Shown here piece after piece: positions 46,102-57,054 of a stretch of 57,054 nucleotides of DNA. Origin of the DNA: Mesotaenium endlicherianum (Eukaryota); the NCBI GenBank assembly GCA_009602735.1, contig WELA01000937.1, forward strand, positions 8,155 to 65,208, written 5' to 3'. The translations under genes and the position numbers were made by a program. The first letter of the stretch is position 1. Each line of letters begins with the position of its first letter. The notes below the pieces were generated by a model, which saw only the letters and a program-made list of their open reading frames with translations, ran no database searches and was not told the origin of the DNA.

Positions 46102-49100
46102 CTACACCTCGGTCTCGTGGCCGGCCTTGGGCGGCACCATCGCCACGTCGCCAGGCTTGGCGTCGCCGCCCGCGTACTTGCTCGCGATCTCCGCCATCTC
46201 CATCTTTGCTGACTTGGCGTTCTGCTTCTCGAGCCACGCGGTGCAGGCGGCGTAGCCCGGGAGCTGCTGCTGCCACGCAAACAGCTTGAAGGTCACGCCC
46301 TTGAGGATGATGAAGGCGCCGATTCCCGCGATCGCGCCGTACGCGATGTTGTTCGTGAAGGGCTGCACGATCATCGTGATGAAGGCGGGGATGGCCTCCG
46401 TGAGGTCGCGCCAGTCGATCTCCACCACAGCGTCGTTGAAGATGAGGACGCCGATGATGACGAGGACGGGCCCCGTCGCAATGTCGGGGATCGGCCCCGC
46501 GAAGATGGGCGAGAGGAAGCACATGGAGAAGAAGCACAGCGCGCAAACGGTGGCCGTGAGCCCCGTGCGGCCGCCCTCCTTGACGGCCGCCGCCGACTCT
46601 ACGTACGTCGTCAGGCACGAGCTCCCGAGGAGGCCGCCCAGCATGGTGCCGACGGCGTCGGCGACGAACGCCTTGTTGGTGTTGGGCACAGTGCCGGTCT
46701 CGTCGTCGATGATATCCATCATGGTGCCCATCGAGTAGAAGGTGATGCAGGAGCCGATGAAGTCAAGGTAGAGGAAGGTGACGGCGGCGCCGATGAGCTT
46801 GCCGGTCTGCGAGCCCCACTTGAAGGAGAGCGAGCCGGGCGAGTCGTGGAACTTGGGCACGTGGTCAAACGACGGCTTCGTCTCCGTGAAGCGCGCCCAC
46901 GAGATGAACGTCACAAAGAAGATGCCTGCAAACAGGGGGCGCATTCGAGCAAACACGAGGGAAAACACTTGTTAACCACTGCACGCATGCACGCACGTTC
47001 ACACGCTTAGGGGAAGGCATCAGACCAAAAGGTCGGGGGAGGGGATGGAGAGGGGAATTGACGAACGTCATGGCGCGCTGCATATCACTCCCCGCCACTC
47101 AACCCTACCCTGCAGCACTTCCAAGCAGGCTGAATGCGCCTGAGGCGTTTGATTCTAGACAGAGTCCTGAGGAGCCCACAAAGAGACAAGGCAAGCTGCC
47201 AGGGGCAAGCGTGCGGGCAGGCAACAGACCACACTCCAGGCCTCCGACATCCAAAATACTGCAGATGCGCAAACGGAGGAGGAACGCAGGGGGGGGGGGG
47301 TCGGTGGGTGGGTTGGAGAGGACGCCGGTCTTTAAGGGGGTATACGAGGCCAAGTGAAAAGAAGAGGGCGCCCAGCCAGCCGACCAGCCAGCCAGCCAGC
47401 CAGCAGGCCTGACAAAACTCCTGGCGGCGGCTAGTGCAAGGGACAAAAAGAGGCACACAGAAACTCCGGGGCACTGACTGAGTGATCGATTGCCTGCACC
47501 CGAGAGAACCAGGGGCACTGGTTGCCACCCAGGATGAGAGGCAGCAGGCATAAAGCCTCTGAAAACATCTGAAAATCTCATAGTGACTGGCCGGCCAGCC
47601 GGCCTACTGACTGACTGGAATGAAGCTTAGACGGCGAGCAGGAGCTGCTGGCGAACTCGTGCGCCTGACTGCACAGAAGAAGGGCAATGAGCGGACGAGC
47701 GAGCAAGCTAGCGACTGTACTGCACTGCCAGAAGCAGCAACAAAGCGGACCGCATCACCACTGCCCAGCAAATTGACTGACTGCCTCACCGCCTGGCGCA
47801 GAGGCCGCGTGGCAGACTCACCGGCTGACCTGTTAACAAAATGGCAGAGGAGGCAGCACCTACAGGCCACAATGACACTACAGCGGGGACAGGCCTGGAG
47901 GCAGCCGAGGCAAGCAGCCGGACAGCGGAGCTAGCGTCGGCAGGGGGCAACAGAGGGGGGCCGGCGGGCGTCGAGAACGAGCGGGCGGGCCGGCGGGCAA
48001 GTGGGAGCGATTGCGGCAGCGCGCGCGCGCGCGCACACGCACCGATGAGCAGAGAGCCATTGATCATGTAGACGGTGAGCACGCCCGTGACGACGAGGCC
48101 CGCCAGCGACAGCCAGGGGCACGCGATGGCGCCGCTGCCGTTCCAGTCATAGTTGCAGTAGAGGAAGCGCTTGCTGTTGAACTGGATGAGATTGGGCGGC
48201 AGGTTGGCCACCGTCACGCCCATGCTGCGGATGCCCACGAACGCGATGAATAGCCCGATGCCTGCAGCAAAGGCCAGACAGCGACGCGCGCCCGCACGGA
48301 TGCCAGCATGCATGCACGGATGGACAGACACGCACGTTAGAAAAATGTGCATGCAAGTACAGATGAGCATGCATACACACAGAGAGACACATACACACGC
48401 AAACGCACGCACAGACAGACACGCACAGACAACACACATGTGCACGTGCACAGACAACACACAACACACACACACACATATACACACACAAGAGACGCGA
48501 ACAAGTGGGCGACAACGAAGTGGAGATGGAAGTCAAGAAGGAGGGCACGCACCGCAGGCACCAGCCATGAGCACCACCTTGGGGAAGAACCCCATCAGGT
48601 AGGATCGCGCCCCCACCACCGCGATGATCAGAAAGATGACACCCTCGACAAATGTCGCCGCCAGGACCTGCCAGTTCAGCATCGCATGGCCGCGTGGGAC
48701 AATTAGTTGGGGGAAAAGAGCATATAGGTGTGAGCCTCAATACACACATTTTTCACAATTGAATAAGTTCTCAATATCTTCATGCGCGCGACCATGGGCT
48801 CTGAACATAATGCGCTGCAATGGACACGTATATCTGTTCGGTAAGGTACACGCAAAGATACTTGATGGCAAACAAGGTAAGGGGGGGGGGTGCGAGACAG
48901 TAGGCCCAACGCTTTCCAGAAGTTGAAACAAGACGACAAGCTGAGCCAGGAAAGAGATACCATCTACAAGGTCAGCAAGGGACGGCAACCGGGTCATACA
49001 CGCGCATACCTTCTGATAGGGAACCTCGACGTCAAAACATCCCGGCCCCTTGAGGGCCCCCGCTGGCGTGGGCGGGATGGGCTGCCCCAGCTTGAGACAG

Positions 49101-49916
49101 TTGGCGTCGTTGGAACTGGGCTTGATCACATTGTACACAAAGAACACGTTGGTACCTGCGCACTCGCACACACAGCAGGCACAAGCCGGGGGGGAGGGGA
49201 TGGGGAGGTACGAGGCGTCAGTAACTGCGGAGTCAACATGAAGTCCACGCTGGTCAACGCGGCAGCGTGGGGTAGAAGTAGGCTACAACGCGTTGCTACC
49301 TGCACAGGCGTGCTCACGAGCACGAGCCATTGGGGGTTTGAGGGGGGCTGGGGCCCAAGGGAGAGGGGTTGGGGGGGGGAAAGAAGAGGGGGCGTGGGTC
49401 AATCAACATGGAGTCAACATGGGTCAAAGCACATCGGTGTGTGTTAGAGTGGGCGTGATGACACGTTGCAGATGCTTGCCAGCAGAAGGGCCGGGCAGGC
49501 ATGCAAGGACACGACACGTGTGCAAGCAAGCTAGTCATGAAAGCAGCGGGCACACATGTGGCAGAACTGGCACTGGAAGTGGGTGAAGCGGCAGCACCTT
49601 CCGGCACGGGGACTCAAGAAACCTAACAACAACGAGAGGAGAACGAGCAAGAAGGCATAGCAGGACACATGCACATAACCGACACTCTCGTACGCAGCGG
49701 CAGTAATTGGAAGAGCACACAGTAACACCCTGCAGAAACTCTTGCACCCAGCGGGCAAGCTGGCTAGCCCAAACGACCATGTCAGCGCCCCTGCCCCCCC
49801 CGCAAGGGTGCACAGAGGGCGAGGGGGGGTTTTTTTAGCTATTGGGGGAGGGAGCACAAGGGTACAGCCTGTAGCACAAAGGAGCAGAGCCCACCAGGAG
49901 CCACAACGCACACACG

Positions 49917-49982
<66 letters not shown>

Positions 49983-51210
49983 AGCAGAAGCAGTGCAGAC
50001 ACGTCTGCCAAGAATATGTGCTACAGCAGAGTCAGCGGCCTGTCTGCCTGCCTGCCCGCCTGCCAGAGTACGGCATATAGCACAGTACAGTGTGAACAAG
50101 TACTCTCAGGTATACAGCAGCTTCAGGGCTCTGGCTCTGATGTGAACAGAGTCCAGTGCCACCGGGCTTGGCACTGGACCTCTCTGCCTGCACTAGCAGC
50201 GGGGTTCCTGCTACAGGTGTGAACGGAGACAAGCACAAGCAGGGACCTCTTAGGAGCTGGAGGGCTTTTGGCTCTGGTGTGAACGAGGAGACTCTGCGAG
50301 CAAGCTCCAGAAGATTCCTATGAGTCGGGTGTGGATGGAGGCCGGGGGGACTGACCGAGCTGCACGGAGACGACCCAGGGGTAGTTGGCGAGCAGGCCCA
50401 TGATGCCCGTGGCAACACCTGTTGAGATGGCAGTGGCCAGCAGCACGTCCTCCTGCGAACCACGACGTGGAACACACAACACATACACACACAAACGCCC
50501 ACAAAAACACGCAGGTGTCAGACCCAGAACGCACGCGAGCACGAAGGTGAACGAGGAGGTGACATCTGCATGGACCTGTGGTAGTGGCAGCTTGGGGGGG
50601 ACAAAGGAGAGTGGCAAGAGGGGGTGGGGCGGGGGGCCGGGGGGAGGGGGGGCTGTGGCAGCAGGTGGGCGGCAAGGAAAGACAGGTGGACAGAAGCACG
50701 AGGGAAGACCAACACGCAGCACGTCACGCGAGCATACACCCTCACCGACTTGGACTGCCATCACCCTTGGCAGCGGCAAGCAAGAAGACAGCAAAGGGGG
50801 CATCGGAGCAAAGCATGGGGAAGGGCAAACAGTCTCTACTGAGCGCAAGGGCAAGACAAACAGTCTCTACTGAGCAGCAGCACCCCGTGTGGGAGGTTCT
50901 GGGACGGCTCCGCAGGGGAGGGAGGGGGGATGGGAGAGGAGGAGAGGGGGAGAAGGGGAGGAGGGGGGGAGCTCTCTCAAGCACACCTTGTTCATTCCCC
51001 CGCCCGAGAGGATGGCGGGGTTTAGCGCAAGGATGTAGGCCGAGGTGATGAAGAGCGTGATCCCCGCCCTGCCAGGCGCGAGAGGGAGAGAGAGACAAAG
51101 TACAAAATACAGGAGGAGAGGGGAAGAAGGGAACGAGAAGAAGAAAAGAAGAGAGCACACAACGATCACGAGGAGAGGCTGTGAGTCATACACACATGCA
51201 CACGCACATA

Positions 51211-51285
<75 letters not shown>

Positions 51286-51849
51286 NAGAGAGAGAGAGAG
51301 AGAGAGAGAGAGAGCACCTGCAGCATGGAGGGGCCATATCCATTAGAGAAGTAAGGCAACGGAAGAAGACAGCGGTACATAGGCAGACGTTGCTCCCTAG
51401 GCAGTTGTACAAGAGCGTCAGCATCGAGCCGAGGACATGAGGTGGGAAGTGGTGGCCACTAAAAGAGAGGGAGAGAGAGAGCCAATGTTAAAGGAGGAGT
51501 GTTGTGCTCCTTCTGCATCTGCATGCCAGCGCGCGCGTGCGCGCGGGAGAGGAGAGGGGGAGCCGAGATGGCACCCCAGCAAGCACTGAGAAAAAAACTG
51601 GCAGGTAGGCGGAAGAGCAGGGATGAACATTACAAGAAACACTATCCTGCTTCTGCACAGAGATGATACAGTGGCAGAGGCTGGTGACAGGAACCTTCTA
51701 GGGAAGGGGTTCAAATAAGAAAGGAGGCAGACTGGGGCACATCTCTCTTGGGCCTTTCCCCTCACATACCTGAGTTCTGTCATGATAGTAGAGCCTCTCG
51801 CCTTGATCTGGAAGTAATCATCCACGAACTGGAGCGGAGGGGCGCCCAT
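46102..51849 (-). CDS. AZG: AzgA/AZG-type adenine/guanine permease (NCS2 family); 7 exons (51849-51770, 51068-50987, 50452-50356, 49155-49010, 48667-48553, 48261-48043, 46925-46102), ~520 aa
   Basis: YFQIKARGSTIMTELRAGITLFITSAYILALNP, GIGLFIAFVG, FLYLDF, TTYVESAAAVKEGGRTGLTA, IDWRDLTEAIPAFIT and PFTNNIAYG signature motifs; all GT-AG introns are phase-compatible (1563 nt). Confidence 0.93.
49908..49980. repeat. (CA)n(GA)n compound microsatellite in an AZG intron
   Basis: Direct inspection. Confidence 0.95.
51190..51314. repeat. (CA)n(GA)n compound microsatellite in AZG intron 1
   Basis: Direct inspection. Confidence 0.95.
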
Positions 51850-52880
51850 CGTGGCGCGTTGATGCAGACCAGAGAGACGCCTCAACAGAGCGCTGCTGGC
51901 ACTTTGGCGTCTCCAGCAGGTTCAGGCCCTTGGTCACAGCAACTCACTTGAACACCTTGCGAGACTGTGAAACGAATCGCCGACCACTATCGGCGGATAT
52001 TTGAGTTTGACGATGGCCGGAGAATACAGTCGGCGAGAGGGGGTAAGAGGAAGACTAGAGAGGGAAGAGACTACTAAAGGCGAGGGCAGGAACTGGCCTG
52101 GCCTGTCCTGGCCTGGCGCCAGAAGCTTTGCGAGGCACAATGTCTTCCGAAAGACAAACAAAGAAGAGTGCTGCAACAGGGGTCTCTCCACGATTATGTA
52201 GGTGAAAATCCCCGAGTGAAATTGCACGTGATCAGTCTTTTAGCGAGCTTTTGCTTATTACCTGCTCCTCCAAAATTCGTAGGCCACTAGTAGCTAGTCT
52301 ACAGGAAAGGACAGGAGCTCTGCTTGATGAGACGAAAACTACACCCTGTCGGTTGTCTCCAGACGTACTACAAAGAAAAGGACAGCTGATAATTTACTCA
52401 CAAAATTTGATAGCTGTTCAAGTCTTTATGTTCCATCTTTGGGCAAGTTCTACAAGCTTTGAAATGTTTTGCAGTTATTGTGGGCAAGCGGGTGCAAAAG
52501 TTCAGACTCAAAATAACCCACAGAATCATACAGGCTGCCGGGGATATCGTTTTTGACAGATATGAGAACGTGGATCTCTTTCGATCTGGCTTACACGTAA
52601 GCCTTCGAAATCCTCCAGAAAACTTTCTTACGATGTGCATCACCATAACGTACCTTTACGAATCGCAGCAAAACGTTTACTACATGCATGAGAGGTCAGT
52701 GTAGATCAACTTCTTCTGCTGCATCTGGACACCTGTGAATTTTTTTAAACTAGATATGAAACTTTCATAAAGCGTCAAAACATTTATCATGCGGTGCCAG
52801 TTGTGGCCTTTCAATGTTGCTGATTGACACGTGATAAGGTTGTCAGGTCAAGGAGTTTGCAGCAGTTTTGCAGTTCTCCT

Positions 52881-53011
52881 TCTGATTGGTGACATTTCTA
52901 AGCGTCTATTGCATGTGCCTGTGTATACGTCTACGTGAGCCAACTAGAGCACTGTGAAGCACTATGAAGTGCTGTGAACTATTGTGATGGCCATCATCTG
53001 ATTGGTGACAA
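52881..53011 (-). promoter_or_regulatory. Two identical CCAAT-box-containing 14-mers (TGTCACCAATCAGA) about 1.0-1.15 kb upstream of the AZG start
   Basis: TCTGATTGGTGACA occurs at ~52881 and ~52997; function is inferred only. Confidence 0.35.
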
Positions 53012-55939
53012 TTTTACGCGTCCACTATCCTGACGTCGTCACTTCCCTATGCGTCCAAGGTCTACATCCTAGACCACCATAGACGCCCTACACAGAGCTA
53101 TTGGTGATTATGATTGAACGGATACAGTATACGGCTGAGATCGTGGGGGATAGATCGAGTGGGCTGGACTGGGCTAGACTGGGCTAGACCAGGTGAACCG
53201 GCGACTAGGCTAGACAAGGGGGAAATGGGTACTACGTGACAGTCTTACTTTCTAATTGACAATTGCTGACGGTCATGAACCGTGCCAATTGGCATGACCA
53301 GGGCAAGACTATTCCCGTCAAATCCCGTTAGCCTCCAGGATCTATTGACGAGAGCAGACGAGAGTGTTCGTGTGTTTTCGTACTCAAGTCTCCTGGTCCG
53401 ACATGGGCGGTAGCGAACATGTAAGAATTTCTGGACGACACTGGGACGACATGAGGAACTTCAGTCAACGGCTCAAGAACGAACTGACCAAGTCCTTCAA
53501 ATTGGAGCGAAGATGATTGTACCCAATTGACTTTACCCCTTAGTGTATCAAAGCAGTAGCATAATAAACGCGTGCTACCTTCAAACCTTTGCCCTTTAAA
53601 AAACACTCATATATGAGATCGGAGTAATTTTCACGTGTTGTTAATGACGTGCCTAACCTTCCCTCCTTCGAAATACTGACATATTCATTCAACGTTTGAG
53701 TATCAGAGTAAGACCGCAAATTTTGCGCTCACAAATCGATGCGAAATGATGAAGACAAAAATGCGAGTTAACACACATCGACCAATTTGACAAAATTACG
53801 AACGAAGCTGTACTACCAAGGGACAAACAACTACAAGTTGTTACAAGACAACAAAACAATTTACATGACTATCTCGATATTGGGCAAAAGTGACTGGGCA
53901 ACTTGTCCGTCCGGATGCCCATGCCTGCCATCTATATTGACTCTGTGTGTACTGAGTGGCCGCTTGTCACCACCCCAAGTTAAAGCCCTTCTATTGTCTA
54001 AGGTTCAAGTTCGCACACACAGGAACGAACGACACACACGAGCGACCGGTGACACGAGCAACTGGTGCTTACTGATTTTCCCCCTCACAAAGTATACGTG
54101 AGGGGCGCCTTACCGACAACAAAAAACTAGGCAACAAGCTCACACAAAAATAGGTCGTTTCCACCTTTCGGTGGACAATCAAAATTCTAGAAAATAAAGA
54201 TGTCAAGTTTGGCGCGCTTGTGAGCAAAAGTAAAGATTTATATTTTTAGATATCCTTTGGAGAGGATACGTGCCCAAATTCTTCTTGCATATAACTCATG
54301 AAAAGGATAGATATAAGACGAGGTGAAACATTGAATGCATCCAAAGTGTTTGTAATTTTCTTTCAGTCATCTGTTGTACGCATCGGAATATTTGTGAATG
54401 TGCATTGAAAGGGAAAATAGAGGGTTACGCATGTAATACTTGACACATGTGGACCTCACAATAAATACGAATCCGCATCTAGAGCATTTTTGAATCATGT
54501 GAAAGTTCAAGGGTACTTCACGTTCACTTGAAGGGGTAAATTTATATCTTGTTCTTGAAAATGACTTTTTGATATACGAAATCAATTTGATGTACAAAAT
54601 ATATTAAAAAATGGATTTTTTATGGGCAAACCTAATTGTTTTCAACAAATTTGACTTCAATTAGTTAGTGACGCAGTCTTCGCATACTCGAACAAAACAC
54701 AACCATAATTCTTCATTGTACGATAGCATAGTAGTAAGCAAATTTACGACCTATCCAACCACCCCTTGAAGTTGAGTTAAGCGCGAGTGCAAGTTTGTTG
54801 CGTAACATTTTGGCTTTCGGGGGAGGAAGGACAAGGGGAACAATGTGCGTCGCAATATGGTGCCATATGAGGACTTATGTGCTTGCAATTGAAACATCAA
54901 AGATACGGTTTCCCAAATCTTTATTGCCATGGGTATCTTGCGGCACCTGCGAAAGTGTGTAGAACAAGTTGGAGAACAAAGTGATTAATGCGAGTTTTCA
55001 TGAATCATGTGTAATAAGGTAAGTAGGATAATAATTAGGTGGGTATGTAGGATAAAAAATATGTAGATAGATACTTAAGGTTTGGTTAAAGATCATTGTC
55101 ATATTTTCAACATTCGCACAATACTAGTTACCCGCCAATAGTCAATTATCAACCAATGAGAATTTCTGCCACTACAATCATGCGATGTGCGAAATATGCA
55201 TTGTTTGCGATATGAACGGATTGCTTAACATCATTACTAAGCGACACAATTGATTGATGATGACTCGTGAACGACTTAGAGGATTTTGAACTGAATCGGC
55301 CCTTAGCCGCCTTACCCAGCTTAATTGATGGTGATAGACCATCTAAAAATCAACTGTAAAAAATATGATAAGAGGTAACTACTTGAGGACCCGGATGAAA
55401 TGGGATCTCGTTGCTCGCTATCATTGGCACCACCTGTACGGGAAGTTTTTTAAGAAGTGAAGCTCAGGCTCACTAAGGTGGTGCAGACTGATCAGATTTG
55501 ACCAGATTTGACAAATTTTGACCACATTGACGATAAAGTTACAGGAAGCTGATACCTCCAGGATACCTCGGCTGATATCGTGTGGTATCGTCAAACTACA
55601 AACCTCCGGGGAGTAACAGTCTATTCTAGTCCTCGTCGCGCATGGATTCGATGATTCGGCTGTTGGTAAGCGACAGCTCTTTGTAGACGACAATCCTTGT
55701 CAAAACAAAGGCGTTTGACTTTGCGACAATTTTGACCTTTCCACAAAGAACCGACAACAGTGTACCTACTACTATGGCTCAGTGCCACTCAGCGCCCACT
55801 GCACTATCATCGTCCTTTTGTCGCTTGCGATCTTTTTATTGAGATGAGCATCGTCTGCATCCGATGGCATCCATCGCGGGAGTCGGGAGTCGGACCATCC
55901 TGAACTGTGACCAGTGCCCACGGGCCACTCCGACCAACT

Positions 55940-56081
55940 CATGATAGTGCAAAGCTCAAGCCAGCACCAGCCTGAACTGCTCTCTAGAGGTAAATTTTGC
56001 CGGACAGACCCATGGTAGTGCAAAGCTCAAGCCAGCACCAGCCTGAACTGCTCTCTAGAGGTAAATTTTGCCGGACAGACC
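55940..56081. repeat. 71-bp tandem duplication (2 copies, 1 mismatch)
   Basis: 55940-56010 repeats at 56011-56081. Confidence 0.95.
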
Positions 56082-56509
56082 GAGTGGCGAAGTTACGAAT
56101 AAAGTGCACTTTTTGATTTTCCTCGAGAGATTCCAACTACGCGTGCATGATTATGGGCCATGGTATGATCTGAATGCGTCTCTTCAAAGGCTCTGAATTG
56201 GTGTCTTTACACAAGTAAGACAGTGATTTAATTACCCTAATTTCCTCGTGGATCCTTTTATGCTGCGGCCGATGCACCTTGCAAGCTTTCATGCAGCTTG
56301 GTGACTGCTATATTCGCGAAGCTGGCAGTCAACACGTGTTTTAGATCAACTAATTTTACAAGGAAATGAAGAATTCTTGATATATAAGATAATGTTTGCT
56401 GCTAGTGAAGGAATTGCAGTAAATGCCAGCATGATCTTTATCGAGGAACTTCTTAGTCCCAGAAATTTAGCCAGGCGTGAAGCCCCCTAGAACGCATGGC
56501 GCCATGTTC

Positions 56510-57029
56510 CTAAACTGAAGCTCTTCCCGGCGGCCGCTTCGCCCTCATTTTCTTCATGTTGAGGCTGAATACGTTCTTTTCCCAGGTCACTATTCCCAAG
56601 ACAGTCCCAATGTTGAGGCTGGGGCAGCAAACAGCCGTCACCTCGTGGTCCACCCTAGCCGTGCAGTCGCCCAGGAGTCCCAGAAAGAGTTCCAGATGGA
56701 AGCACATGTGGAGCTCCCTGTTTGGCTCCAGCAGAGCTCCCAGAGCTGAGGGGTACTCCCCTCTCAGTGTGAACAGAAACTTTTCCAGCTTGAGGTCCCC
56801 AGGGGTGCAGCGGTGGCCCAGGAGCAAGGTTGGGACACCTGTCGCAACGTCGCTTCTGGGGCTTCTGGTGGGCGTGCTCGTGTGGACCTTCTTTCTCGGC
56901 AACTCTGAACAGCACTGGCAGGTAGATTCATGCACCTCGTTCAGATATTCGCGCAGAACAACTACCGTCCAGCTGTCGAAAGGGAGGGCAGAGGAGACGA
57001 TATCGGAGTGCACGGTATAGTCAACCTCC
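56510..57029 (-). CDS. Probable terminal exon of an unidentified gene extending beyond the window
   Basis: C-rich tract and TGCAG acceptor at 57030, then ~173 open codons (EVDYTVHSDIVSSALPFDSW...) in sequence more GC-rich than its neighbourhood; no family recognised. Confidence 0.55.
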
Positions 57030-57054
57030 CTGCATATGCAGGGGGGGGGCGGGG

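Noticed and set aside
55940..56081. CRISPR-like or regulatory array
   Set aside because: Only two head-to-tail 71-bp copies with no spacers, in a eukaryotic context with no cas genes.

Overview
Eukaryotic genomic DNA, most likely a green or streptophyte alga; this is inferred from plant-type iMet-primed Ty3/gypsy elements, a plant-like AZG permease, GC-rich exons and microsatellite-rich GT-AG introns. The first ~33.5 kb is a nested transposon island. It is dominated by one chromovirus family with ~720-bp LTRs: one structurally complete copy (10066-18854, minus strand) plus several fragments. This family carries an extra sense-strand ORF of ~558 aa between the chromodomain and the 3' LTR. The ORF has its own conserved short 5' intron, lies between two copies of the polypurine tract, and has diverged homologues in related copies. 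The island also holds a PHD-finger Ty3/gypsy split by a piggyBac, at least three other gypsy families, solo or partial LTRs, and two well-formed -1 frameshift signals. The remaining ~23.5 kb is gene space. It contains a 7-exon predicted secreted papain-EGF-EGF-5xLysM-Kazal-like protein (+), a 7-exon AzgA/AZG purine permease (-), two related MITE-like elements, small repeats and a probable terminal exon of an unidentified gene at the right edge. All calls were made by eye; no database searches were run.
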